From the NCBI GenBank assembly GCA_047495785.1, contig JBLDXI010000023.1, positions 372,001-436,000 on the forward strand: DNA of 64,000 nucleotides, in the 5' to 3' direction. The notes beneath the pieces were generated by a model. The model worked only from the letters and a program-made list of their open reading frames with translations, ran no database searches and was not told the origin of the DNA. Positions 1 through 11,970 of the stretch are shown here, piece by piece. The stretch is from Lepidodermella squamata (Eukaryota > Animalia > Gastrotricha). Position numbers and translations under genes: made by a program. How positions within the stretch are numbered: position 1 is the stretch's first letter; every line of letters starts with the position of its first letter.

Positions 1-759
1 ATTTAGGATCACTCGACTCTGTCAAATTAACGATAATTGATATCATTTTGATCATCGTGAAGTGTTTTCTGCTCGATCTAATGCTATGAGATATTAAACT
101 TGATCGAAATTGGGTGGATACCTCGTCTCGATGCTTATTTTATCCCGAAAAGTTCAGTAACTGAAGAATAAATATCAATGCTGTGTGTTATTTCAATTGA
201 AATATAATGCGCTTTGAAAGGCATGAAAATCAAGCACATGATTTACAAGCCTTCATAAAAAAGCGTGAATTAGGGTCTCAAAAATCCTTGTATTTCATGC
301 CCCCAAGTTAGGGCTCGATTTTTTTCCCCAAATTCATGTCGCGTGCTGAGATTCATGCCTTAGAAAACTGAATTCATGCCTTTTTTTTTCCTGTGTAGCC
401 ATTGGGCGATACACTTTTCCCGTGTTCACATAGCCATGACCAATTATTATCATTATTTCTGAGCGGTTCAGACAATTTATCTGTTAATTTTTTAATTTGT
501 TGAAGACTCCGAAAATCAAAATAATTTAGTACAGAGTACAGAGCCAGATTTAGCGAAATCGGCGCTAAATTTGGCTTACAGATCTGGCGCGTGCCGTATT
601 TTTTTGCTGATGATCAGCGGCGAAAGCAATAAAATCCATTCATTACTATCATTGCGACTACGGCATCACACCTGCCAGTTGTTTTTCTGTTTCGGTAGAC
701 AAGCAAGCTTTATTCAAATCCAGAAACACTAAAGGTCTACATGGTCACCTGGTGCTGTT

Positions 760-3042
760 TCAGCGGCGTAAGAAAGCCGGATACAGCCAAGTAGCTGATT
801 CTAACATCGAAAATATAAGAGCAGCATAGCTGATAGCTACGTCTTGGTTTATCGGATGATCTGCTAAAATAACAGCGATCAAAATACCAGCTGGTAGCAA
901 AGCAGCGCCAAATATTGCTGAGATACAAGCAGCAGAAAATTCTCGGCAATTCTTAGCGAGTCCTTTGATATGGTTCAAGTGAAAAGCTGCCATCAACGCC
1001 CCAATCAAAAACAGCAGTTGAATCGCTCCAAGAGCAGCAATCAAAGTAAAACCTTCAAGACTCATGGAACATCGTAAAAGCCAGGTTTCCTCCAACGTAT
1101 CGACAAGCTCAAAGTAAACTGGCTGGACAAAGGACTCCTCTCGGCATTTGATCCCATTTACCGCTAGCCATGCAGCAGAAATTCCGAAGCATGGCAGAAT
1201 AAGTAAACATCCCGCATAAACACTTTTTCGGTCGAATATTTTGCAGTAATTTTGAGGAAGTTGTAAAACAGGCTTCGTCCATATCGAAGTTGTTACCGAG
1301 GAGACGCGAGACCTGTGGGATGGAAATGGAGTCGCTGTAGACTTGCGATTGTCTATCAAACTTTCCCGGATGTTTTTTCGTACGAAAACTCTGATAACAT
1401 TCAAACGTGCTGTTATCAAACTACAAATCACGAGGAGTCCCAAACCAAGGCTAGCGAATGAGGCTGTTTCGATTTGCGTAGTTCTGTCTAACACGAAAAG
1501 CAAGCATGAAACGTTGAGGAGCAAACATCCGAACAGTCCCACTAGCTTCAACTTCCGGTAGTTCCAACAGGATGAAGGTTTGTCGAGTGCAATCGCGACA
1601 ATGCTCGAAATTTGCACTACAGACAACAGGGCATTGAATACGGAAATAATGTAAAAAGCAGGTCGATTGACCCTTAGAAAATTAATGTGAACTAAAGGTC
1701 GATCACGAGGTGGATATCCCAGAATCCAATTTGCTCTCGCAACCTTTTGTAGGGGAAAACTTCGAAGGTCAAATTCGCCGAAAGTTTTGTTCAAGCTCTG
1801 TTTTACCAGATAAATTGCATGCATACCATCTGATTGACTCCACTGGGTAACAGCAAAAATGTCACCTAACAGCTGGCCAGTTTTGCTGTAGGATGTTTTG
1901 CCAACCCTGACACCATCATACTCAAGAGCCAAAATCGCCTCATTCGCAATCTTCACCACAATTTCGGGCTGGCTGCTGTAGTCTCGCAACGACAGGCTGA
2001 ACTCATCTTTCAGCCTACGTTCTGTCTCATTCAAAGCCATAGCCAAGTTGGACAGAGTGTCGTGCACTAGATATGACGCAGTAAACTCATCTGGGGTCAA
2101 ATTCGTCTCTCGAATGATGTATTTCTCAAACTGTTCTGCAGTATCTCCCAAATCGGAGATGCGGCCGTAACTAACTGGCTTGGCTGCATTTCCGATGTAA
2201 AACGACTGTTTCGCTTGCTCCTTCAACACTTCAGCCGGACAACCTGGTGAAGGTGATAACCCGAAAGCGATAACGGTGACTACGAAGACATAACGCGGGC
2301 CAGTTATCCCAGCTTTATAGGCCTCGCATAGAAACTTTGGTACATAGACTGAGCTCGTAGCGGTTACCACGATAACTCGAAGTCCTGTTCGCTTTAGAAT
2401 GTCGATAAAATCAAGTGTTACATCGTTCATTATGTCAAAAAATGGAACTTCAATCCCGTTTAGAACGGCCTGGTCGTGAAAAAATAAAGCTGTAACGAAA
2501 TCGTTGGTATTAGTCGTAGTCGCAATGAGACCAACTTTCCGCCAAGAACCGATAGCTTTGACAAAACTCAACATAGCCATTGCTGAGTTTTTCGAGGTGG
2601 CGACTGAGAGACACAAATTAGGGTACTGCTTTCGGTCTGTCAAAAAGGGAGCGTTGCAAAATGATGACAGCGAAATAATGCTGAGGTGATGCAAGAATGG
2701 ACCAATTGCCTTACATCCAGTTGAAATTCCCGGCCCAGCGATTATTGGCGAAAGAAGGACATCTTGCTCTCTTTGGTAGCTGATCAACCGCTGGGCGCTT
2801 TGCGTTCCAAGGACCTCGTCTTTCATGTCGAATTCAATGTGATAATCCCGCAGAATGTCATCTCGCGAATTGATAATGTCTTCAACATAGCGTTGAGCTA
2901 CAACCCCAGCCTTAACCTGTTTCGGGTCGATTAGGTAAATAGGGATGAGATGCAAAACTCGGAGTCTGGTTTTGTTGCTGTCTTGGCTGATAGCAAGATT
3001 TATCATCAGAGCGATGGCTGTCGTGAAAATAAGGTTAGGCAT
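760..3042 (-). CDS. Orphan class C GPCR, GABA-B-like (signal peptide + Venus flytrap + 7TM), intronless; copy 1, the most divergent
   Basis: 760-aa ORF. Hydrophobic N-terminus; VFT-like motifs (DILRDYHI, IIAGPG, YPN, FLCEAYKAGITGPRYVF); PPRDRP linker with no cysteine-rich domain, as in GABA-B receptors; seven hydrophobic segments ending WLYP. Confidence 0.9.
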   Translation of the reverse strand: MPNLIFTTAIALMINLAISQDSNKTRLRVLHLIPIYLIDPKQVKAGVVAQRYVEDIINSRDDILRDYHIEFDMKDEVLGTQSAQRLISYQREQDVLLSPIIAGPGISTGCKAIGPFLHHLSIISLSSFCNAPFLTDRKQYPNLCLSVATSKNSAMAMLSFVKAIGSWRKVGLIATTTNTNDFVTALFFHDQAVLNGIEVPFFDIMNDVTLDFIDILKRTGLRVIVVTATSSVYVPKFLCEAYKAGITGPRYVFVVTVIAFGLSPSPGCPAEVLKEQAKQSFYIGNAAKPVSYGRISDLGDTAEQFEKYIIRETNLTPDEFTASYLVHDTLSNLAMALNETERRLKDEFSLSLRDYSSQPEIVVKIANEAILALEYDGVRVGKTSYSKTGQLLGDIFAVTQWSQSDGMHAIYLVKQSLNKTFGEFDLRSFPLQKVARANWILGYPPRDRPLVHINFLRVNRPAFYIISVFNALLSVVQISSIVAIALDKPSSCWNYRKLKLVGLFGCLLLNVSCLLFVLDRTTQIETASFASLGLGLLVICSLITARLNVIRVFVRKNIRESLIDNRKSTATPFPSHRSRVSSVTTSIWTKPVLQLPQNYCKIFDRKSVYAGCLLILPCFGISAAWLAVNGIKCREESFVQPVYFELVDTLEETWLLRCSMSLEGFTLIAALGAIQLLFLIGALMAAFHLNHIKGLAKNCREFSAACISAIFGAALLPAGILIAVILADHPINQDVAISYAALIFSMLESATWLYPAFLRR

Positions 3043-3397
3043 TATATTGAATATGATACATCGTTGAGTTTGCTTGTGCTTTATATATCCCTAGTTTGGG
3101 TACACTTGAAATATTTCCTGCAAGTCGCGGACTTCCTTGCACCACCAAACGCGGGTGTTTTCGTCAAGAGTTGAGATGGATTCTCAGCGGTCAAATTTCG
3201 CAAATAGCACGGTAGAACTGATCCTAAGCGATGTCCATCTCACATTTCTTGGTCTATTTAAGGTATCTAGTCTAGGTTAACATTCGTTTGAGTGGTTATA
3301 TAAAGCTTGAAAAAATCGAAATTCATAGCGTATCATAGAGCTGAAATCTTGGCAATTTGCTGTAAACTATTCTTCTACAGATTGCACGGTAAATCCG

Positions 3398-3704
3398 TTC
3401 AGAATGTTTAACTGCACTACACTCCATGCGTGGTTGATCGAAAGCCAGGCTATTAATAGTCCGAAGCGTAGTATCGAAATAATAGAACAGGCTGAGAGAA
3501 TGCTTTTACGATGACGAGTCTTTCGATACGTTGTCGGAAGTTGAAACATGTGTTTTGATAGAATATGTGAATGGTAAGACAGTTAGTAGGAGGCGTGGAG
3601 GCATACTTTTAGACAGCTCCTATCGTGATTAAGCCGAAGAACATTTAATAGAAGGTGGAAATTTATTTGAATACAGACGAGAGGAAATCTAGTTTGCGAA
3701 AAGT
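3398..3704. repeat. ~305-bp dispersed repeat, copy 1 (copy 2 at 11132-11439)
   Basis: TTCAGAATGTTTAACTGCACTACACTCC...GCGAAAAGT aligns by eye with 11132-11439. The first ~85 nt are identical and the rest is diverged. Confidence 0.9.
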
Positions 3705-4347
3705 CCACTGAGGAATTGATGAACTATTGATGAACTGATGCGCTAAACTAAGCGTAAGTAAAGGTCGTAATAATAAAACAGCCTGATGGCAATAACGGAG
3801 TACTTTCAGTACTTTAAACTGATCACTTTGCCAAATATCAGGTCATCGCTTATCGCTGGCAAGGAAAGGCGTCCGATCTGTAGATCTTTCGGTATAGACT
3901 GAGGAAGAACCGAAAGATAGCCTCTGCTCACAATCCCTACTCGGTTTGGTTGTAGCTGGCCCGTCACTGTGCTACGTCGCCTTGAATTCAGCTGTGCTCG
4001 AGGCGAACACGATGTACTCATCGCATTTATCAAAGCGCAAGGCGAGGAGCCGTATCGAATGAGTACTCAAATCGCGGTTAACGGCTCCTCAACAAATTCA
4101 GACGTGCGCACGCCAAATATCCTATGTCCATACATGATCGAAAATGAGATGCTTTCAGTTTCGATCTTAGGCTTTTCAAGCTAGTCAGCAAATTCAAAAT
4201 TTCTTTGTTCATACTTACTAAAACCAATTTTATAAAAAAATGGGCACATGAATCGAACTTAGTATTAATTTATTAATTAGGATAGCAAAAGCTCACTTTA
4301 ACAACAACCGTTACTAACATGAAGCTACTAACATGAAGTAGTTCATA

Positions 4348-4540
4348 AAGCTGATAGCTGACTGCTGATCGACCGGATTCGCAGATAGAGGCAGCTTACA
4401 GGTTAGAATCGCCTAAAGACAGAATCGCCTAAATCGAGGCCATGAATTCACGACATTCTTAGCAAGACCCAGTATTTACTTGAGTTTGAATACAACCAAC
4501 ATCGCGGCAATAAGAAGCAACATCTGATAGACCGTGAAAC
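4348..4540 (-). pseudogene. Degraded fragment of another GPCR paralog (TM5-TM7 region)
   Basis: CTGATAGCTGACTGCTGATCGACCGGATTC and CATGAATTCACGAC...CATCTGATAGACCGTGAAA match the 3' part of the neighbouring paralogs, with indels. Confidence 0.8.
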
Positions 4541-4616
4541 TCAGCGAGTCATTTTCGCGATGCCGGTACTGTTGTTGTGCCGGTGTTGTGCCTTCACATA
4601 TGACTCGCTGCGTTTG

Positions 4617-6886
4617 TTAAGTTGACCCTTTTTCATGGATGACTGCGGGATAAAGCCAGGAAGCCGACATCATCAGGGAAAAAGTAACAATTATTAAACT
4701 GATAGCTGACTGCTGATCAACCGGATTCTCAACAAGCGTATAGCCAATCAAGACACCTGCAGGCAGCATAGATGCGCTTATTAGCACAGAGACACACGAC
4801 GCCATAAATTCGCGGCAATTTTTTGACACACCTGGAATTTGCTTTAGTTTGAACGCAACCAGCAACGCGGCAATAAGAAGCGACATCTGATAGACCGTAA
4901 AAGCGCCCAATAGCGACCACATCGATTGGGTACATTTCACAAAGCAAGTTTCTTCGATTTCGTCCAATATTTCATCGTATTTGGGTCGGAAGTTGGTCTC
5001 TTCACGGCAATCAACGTCTTGCACAACCGCCCATGCTACTATGAGCCCTAAACTAGGAATAGAAAGGATGGCTGTGACCTTCGCAGTGAGCTCGTCGATA
5101 TTCGTGTAATGTTTTGAAGTTAGTTTAACTGTGCTTATCTGATCACGACTTGAGATGCTCCCGAATACCGACTCGGTCGTTAATCGGGTCGGTAATCTTC
5201 CAACCGACCGCAGCCTGAGGTCAGCTGTCCCTTGGCGACACAAGTCCTTCAAAACAGATCGCAGAACAAAAATTCTCGACGTAACACAGCTGCAGACGAT
5301 ACCTAGTCCTAAACCGAGCAGGAAATACGAGGCAATTTCGATGTTTTTGTCATTTTCCGCGGAGAATAGCGCAGAAGATATGGTTAGAAAAATACAGCCT
5401 GATATGCTAATTATCTTTGAGAATCGATAATGGTGAAAGCGCTTGTTGAGAATAATTGCGAAGATGCCAGAAGTTTCGAGGGCGAATGCTAACGTGATGG
5501 TAAACGAGCTCACAACTTTGAAAGCGAGCGAAACATGAAGGTGAACAATTCGAAGCAATGGTCGATCTCGGGGAGGTGAGCCGAGAATCCACTCAATCTT
5601 CAAACTGGTGGGTGTTAGCGTTACATTTTCGCCATGACTTTGCTGGGCAAAGAAGACCTGGCGTTTGCCTCTTGATTTCGACCATTGCATAACTGTTTGC
5701 AGACCGCCTACCAGCTGGCCGTTCTTGTCGTATGACGTCTTCCCAACCCTTAGCGTGTTGTACTCGAGCGATGAAACAGCGTTTCTAGCTGTTCTAGCTA
5801 CAATTTCAGGGTGAGTAGGGTAGTCGCGCAGAGATAAGTTGAACTCAGATTTCAGCCGGCGATCGGTTTCATTCAGAGCTAATAAGACATTACTCAAAGT
5901 CGAGTGGATAACGAAAGATGTGATATACTCCTCCGGTAACATGTCTGTCGCTTGCGTCATGTACCGCTCGAATTCTGCGACTGTATCGCCTAAATCACTG
6001 ACAGCGTCATTGCCAGACGTCTTAGGCAGATTTTCGATGTAAAACGACTGTCTGTTTTGCTCTTGCAAGACAGTTAAAGGGCAATCAGTGACAGGTGTGT
6101 ACGAAAAGAAAGCAGAAGCATGCAGAATGAAAACGAATCGAGGACCGGTGAGCCCAGCTTTGTAAGCCTCACACAGAAACCGACTCACTGTGCCAATGAC
6201 TCACTGTGCCAAATACCAATGAGGATAATTCGGATCCCAGACTGTTTCAACGAATCAACAAAATCGCGTGTGAACTCATTCATTGAATTGAAAAATGGAA
6301 CTTCGATCCCGTTAGAGATTGCCATGTCATGAAAGGCTAAAGCTGACGCGAAGTCGGTCGCATCGTTGGTCGTTGTTAGTATAGCCAACCTCTTCCAGTT
6401 TCCAACATTTTTCACGAAGCTGAACATTGTACGCACCGTTATTTCTGAGGTCGGCTGTGATAGAAACAAGTTCGAGTACGAGGCAGAAATCCTGCAGTAC
6501 GTTGAGATGGAAACCAAGTTGATATGGGGCAGTGCCGGGCGGAGTGATTTACAACTCGCCGCGATACCAGGTCCGATAATGATAGGTGCCTGCAGACCCT
6601 GCTCATCTCTTTGGAAACCAAAAAGTTCATTCACTGCTCGCATTCCCACCATTTCGTCGCGAACTACGAGTTCGATTTCATAGTCTCGCAGGATGTCGCC
6701 TCGAGCGTTGATGATTTCAGTCACGTACGGTCTAACGATGGCGCCAGCTCGTAAAATTTTAGGGTCGACGTAGGCAATAGGGGTCAAGTAGAGAATTCGG
6801 AGCCGCGTTTTGTTTTGCGCATCGCACGAGCGAAAGCAGCAGAATAGAGTGGCAACCACGAAAATTATCATTATTGGGCCTCTCAT
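4617..6886 (-). pseudogene. Class C GPCR copy 2, frameshifted
   Basis: ORFs 6185-6931 and 4617-6188 are the two halves of one paralog. The junction carries a 15-bp direct repeat GACTCACTGTGCCAA (6182-6196, 6198-6212), net +8 nt relative to paralogs. Likely ATG at 6886 (MRGPIMIIFVV). Confidence 0.85.
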
Positions 6887-7030
6887 GTCAATGTAGGAAA
6901 AGAATGAACTAGAATAACCGGTAATGCACAAAGTTGAAAGAAATTTGGATGTTCCGTAGCGCGTGAATTTTCCAGATCTTAAAATAGACTCTCGCGTATG
7001 TGGGGAAATAATACGCGAGCAATTATGATA

Positions 7031-7189
7031 CAGTGAGAACTTGTAGAACCGGACTAAAGTAGCGTCCGGTTTTCGGCAAGTCCGGTCTAAACGACCAAAT
7101 TTGTTCTATTAGCCTCTGAGAAAGCCACAAAATCGACCGGTTCACAGAAATTCCGGTGTAGACGACTCCGGTAAACAAAGCTTTCACCG
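7031..7189. mobile_element. Degenerate TA-flanked MITE (Tc1/mariner/pogo type)
   Basis: TA-CAGTGAGAACTTG...ACCGGA at the left end and TCCGGTAAACAAAGCTTTCACCG-TA at the right; imperfect TIRs and internal CCGG repeats. Confidence 0.55.
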
Positions 7190-7459
7190 TATATCAATAG
7201 TCTGCTGCTTTAACCTAACAAAACCGTCTCTCTAAATTTGCGTGAAAATAACAATTTCAGCTGCAATGGACTAACTTCGGCCTGTTCTATGTTTTCTCAG
7301 ATTTGGAAAATTCGATAATAAATATCGATAATAAATATAGAGCCCGTTTAGCAAATTTCAGCTTTTTGGGGATTTTGCTTAAAGGGCTCTGTATTTCCAC
7401 TAGAATTTAATTAGACTTTACTTATAGCTGGATTATTATAACTTATTTATCAGAATATT

Positions 7460-7713
7460 TTTTAGCGGAACCAAATTTGCATGTTGGGGAACCTAATTCT
7501 AGATATGCAAAACGAGCTTTTCGAATGATTATTTCTACCAAATTGAGGCATTGTATGAATTCCACAGTGAAGAATTCGTCTATACACAATTTAACGCTGA
7601 ATTTAAAGATGATATATTTTGAATTACACATGCTGATCAACCATGCAATACTTGAAAGTTTCAACAAGTGGTTTCAGGCTCATTGAAAATTCCAAAATTC
7701 GGTTCCGCTAAAA
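7460..7713. repeat. Inverted-repeat-bounded element (MITE-like)
   Basis: TTTTAGCGGAACCAAATTT at the left end and AAATTCGGTTCCGCTAAAA at the right. Confidence 0.55.
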
Positions 7714-8716
7714 GTAGGGCCCCTTATTGATGAGGGATTTTGATATGTTGCCTTGTGTATAGCCGAGGGTCTGAGCTTAGCAATAATAATGACGTGCGAT
7801 CAACATTCAGTATCATGTTAAAAACCAGGAAGAGGAAGGGGACTATCGAGTCGAGTCAAACATTGAGCACATTTTATAGAGGCATATGGGCGATTGAATT
7901 GGTTTGAAAGTATGCGTGATAAATTAACCACGCATTGTGGACACGACCTTGTATTGCGCTTGTATTGAAGAGGAGGGTAGGCTTCAGCAGATTCATCCTG
8001 TACCACCTAAACGTGATCGTTTTTATCGAGAGGACCGCGTCAATGCTTCGTCCATGGCATATCGGCTTTCGGAATAGAATCTAGGAGTCTCACGTTTAGC
8101 AACTCCTCTGAGTTCAATGTAGATCATTATCATGACGCAAAGCTGTGGTGTCACGCAAGGCAAGTGCAACTTAGTTGCGGAATGAGAGAGCTCATTAAAA
8201 TGGCAATGACCCTTTTCATCAGGCAAATGTGTTCATCCATCCGACAGTAGGTTTTGGGAAATGAGAAAAGTTCAAGAGGGGCTGGGGGCTCGGTTGCAGG
8301 ATATGAAATAATCCCGAAGTTGATATTGAACGAGCGAACGGTAATTTGATTTGGGTGTATTAGATCTCGAGACGAGACGAGAGTCATGCTTTTATATAAT
8401 ACCCATGCATTTCCTGGACGTCATTATGACGTAACGATGCTTTTAAACTTATTTAAAGTCGATTGGAGCTGGAGATCGAATCAAACTAACATAATTTGCT
8501 CTCCAATGGTGGCTTTTGAACCTTTTTCCATGCTTTTTCCATGCCATTTCCAGCGAATAAATATCACCTGAAAAACTGCCAGCGTCATCTTGGCCACTAA
8601 TCATGTCGGCTACTCATAAACGGCAATCTGAAACGTGCAGTTTCACCCAACTCAGGCAAACACGTGTGCTGTGGCGCGTAAAACTGTACAGCGTTGGAAA
8701 TGTTCGAACGGCATTA

Positions 8717-10609
8717 CAGTGCTCCCTCGTTAGTGGCACCCTCCTTAAAAGAACTCCCTCGTTTGTAGACCGTAATTTTGGACCCTGCTAAATAAATTAG
8801 TTGTAAATTTTTAATTAAACATAAAATAATTATTTGATGGATTAAACAAATTAAGCGTGAAAATTTAAAATAATAAAGCGTTCCTAGAAACCCAGCGGCG
8901 CGTTGTCGTGGTTTTGAGAGATCCAGTTATTTCAAGTTTAGTTCAGACGAGTTGAAAGATCATCAGTGCATTAAGCTGTTCTTGTGGCTTTGAAATGGTT
9001 GTGATTATGCAACAGAGTGTGTGGATTAGCTGCCACTCAGGTCGCGCTGCGAGTCGTCTTGCTTTTTTGTTAAACTTTTCCATCAGAAGTTACGCCAGTT
9101 TATCAGACAAAATCAGCAATTCTTTTCAATAACTATAAAAATTCCCGTCAATCTTCTATCTCCTTGATTCGCAGATTTTTCCTTAGGTCAATTGCTAATC
9201 AACCAATAGACTCATCTGAATTGCCCTGATTTTTCATTTATTAGCTTTTTCCCGGCCAGAAAATCTCTTGAAATTTACCAGCATGTTCAAATTAGGATAT
9301 AAATCGTCTTTTTTTAAGGAAACTGAAACTTGAGTTTTTCCCAATTTTGTTCCCGGCTGTGTTGCGTAATCATGAAGAATCACGTCCTTGTTTCAAGATT
9401 TATTTTAATTTCGATACATGGAATTATTCTCATAAAATTGGACCGATTTTATTCGTTCCAGTTGACCTGAGTTATCGGAATTATAAGTCGATTTTCGATA
9501 GTCGATAGGCCTGATCTAACATGAAACTGGCTGCCACTACTCTACGATTTCATTGCTCAACGCCTTGGCAATTTTACGGGTTTTTTCACAACTTTTAATC
9601 ATTCGATTTTTCTTTGAAAATCGCAACATCCCGAGGAGGGGCGGCGGGAGCTTCTGCCCGATTTTTTACCTTTCTCTGATCTTAATAGGCAATAGGCCAG
9701 TCGAATAAAATTCAGATCACGCCTGATAAGATACAAATTTATTCCATTCAATCAAAACACCTATCGAATCGTTCCCTCTCGACGGAACCACACGTCTTAT
9801 GCCTTGAAATCGGTCCGTGATTGCTCAATGACATTAATTCGATGAATTTGAAAAAGAAAAAGTCAGGTGAACCACGAAATAATTATCGAAATTACATATT
9901 TCATCTTAATTGTTTCAAATTTCATATTATTTTTACACACCTTGGATGCTTGGATTGAATTCTCTCTTGGATGCGCCCTAAGCCCACCCGTGGCCGGCGT
10001 TAATTTATATTACTATTTCGAAATAAAACACCCTGCTGCTTATTTTTAAATAATTCCACGATTTATAGGCGAAGCATGAGTTCTGAATTGAACACTGCAT
10101 TATCTTGAGAATGTTTGGCTGAATTTGCTGTTGATTAATTCAGAAGTATTGTGGTAAATCTTGACCAAGGTGATTGATTTTTTAAGCTGTTATTTCAAAT
10201 GAAATTTGTTTGCGAAATCGGACGAGCTGGGCATTTTTGAAGTAAATTGAACTAATGAGATTCCAGGTTTTTTTACTCTGAGTTAGTTAACCTCAGGCAG
10301 GACTTAAAATCAGAGTAAAAACACAAGACCAGCCAGTCAAATCAAAACCGCCCTGGCAAATAAGAATAAAAACTTGGCGACGAACTTATGATTCATAGTG
10401 TTATTGTTTCACAGCCTTTAGCGAGCGAAATTTGTAATGCCACGTAATCCGTGTCCGTCTCTTTCTGCGCGTTGGCATGGCAACTGTCTTAAGGCGTAGA
10501 AACGGTCTATTTTTAGCTTCTGCATTCAATTACAGCCCTCGTTATAGCTTTCCCTTGTTAAAAGACCGGGTCTGGCTCCCGACCCAGTGCTTTTATCGAG
10601 GGAGCACTG
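8717..10609. mobile_element. Non-autonomous pogo/Tigger-like DNA transposon (~1.9 kb)
   Basis: Perfect 13-bp TIR CAGTGCTCCCTCG at 8717 and 10597-10609, both flanked by TA. No transposase ORF inside. The same terminus recurs at ~54836-54848. Confidence 0.6.
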
Positions 10610-11131
10610 TATCTTGAAGAGGCCAAGGGTAATTTCAAAGCCATCAGCTATCGGTGACTTTAAACAGCGCGTTTCCACCTCGTCGGACAGAAAGTACCCG
10701 ACAACGCCCCGACTCTTGCCACCAAATTTGGCGATACAATTTCCACTGAACTGCGTTGTCGTCATCAGTATTAAGACGTCTGGCTGAAAAGACGAGGCGG
10801 TGGTAGTTGAGTACTTGAAGCGCATGTGGTGGCGGCGCCCAGGTAACAACTTAGCGAAAAGCCAGCATAATAATCGAGGGATGTGAATCTGCTGGTTGAG
10901 ATTTCCGGTATGTAGATCAACTGAAAGATGGAAGGTTCCTGCTCACCACTCAACCTCGACCACCAGGTGCACGACTGAGCGGCCAGTCATACGGTAGGCC
11001 GAGGCCTTGATTAACGATAATTCCACTCGGCTGAACGAACTTGCGGTCGAGCCTGCCCAGCCCGAAGCAACTGAAGGGCTTATCAAGCGCAGCCATCCAA
11101 TCGAGACTGCTACTTATTATTTTACTTCCAT

Positions 11132-11439
11132 TTCAGAATGTTTAACTGCACTACACTCCATGCGTGGTTGATCGAAAGCCAGGCTATTAATAGTCCGAAG
11201 CGTAGTATCGAAATAATGGAACAAGCTGACAGGATGCTTTTACGATCAAGAGTCTTTGGATACGTTGTCGGAACTTGATAATTGTGTTTTGATAGAAAAT
11301 TTGAACGGTGCGACAGTTAGTAGGAGGCGTGGACTTTTAGACAGCTCCCATCGTGTTAACGCCGAAGAAAACTTAATAGAAGGCAGACATTTAGTTGTAT
11401 ACAGACGAGACGTTTTTGGAAATCCAGTTTGCGAAAAGT
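11132..11439. repeat. ~305-bp dispersed repeat, copy 2; overlaps the 96-aa ORF 11256-11546
   Basis: Aligns with 3398-3704. Confidence 0.9.
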
Positions 11440-11970
11440 GCAGACATGTGCATACACGTGCTTGGTTTCTTTCGGCAACTGCTCTGAAAAATCCACATTC
11501 TGGCGGGAAAGCAGTATACATATTTACCAAAGATCCCCCTCCCTAATCCACCCGTTCTTCGAACACCTCTTTTTCCCAGCCTCTTTTAATACCTAATCAA
11601 GAGCCAGAAGTTTTTAAATCAGCTTAATCATGAAGAAGGATTCGCTTTATTCCACATCTTGTTCCAAATCAGTGTGCGAAGTACGGGGGGACCTCAAGAA
11701 ATCACAGGGAAGAAATTCCCAAAAATACCACAGGTTCAAATGAGCTAAAATTGCTCGTGTTGGTCTCTGCAGTGCCGTGTCGTCATGCCGACTGGTCATA
11801 TTCATATTCAGACACCAGGCGTTGAATATTAAGTAAGTGGTTCCTTAGCGTTAAAACATTCGACACGCGACACTCAGTCCAAACACATTATGAAAGCAAA
11901 GAAAATCAATCCTTAATCCAATTAATTCTTATAAAGACAGGTGTTCAAGATAGTTCCTTTGGGGTTGTCT

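Noticed and set aside
6366-6683. Recurrent antisense ORFs over the receptor genes (also 13664-13981, 17506-17769, 33746-34027) and ankyrin genes
   Set aside because: They are shadows of conserved sense-strand codons in paralogs, with no independent coding signal.
10620-10850. 107-aa minus ORF as a gene
   Set aside because: Only a faint resemblance to a LINE endonuclease fragment (QPDVLIL...GGKSRGVVGYF); it runs into a TIR and has no supportable gene structure.
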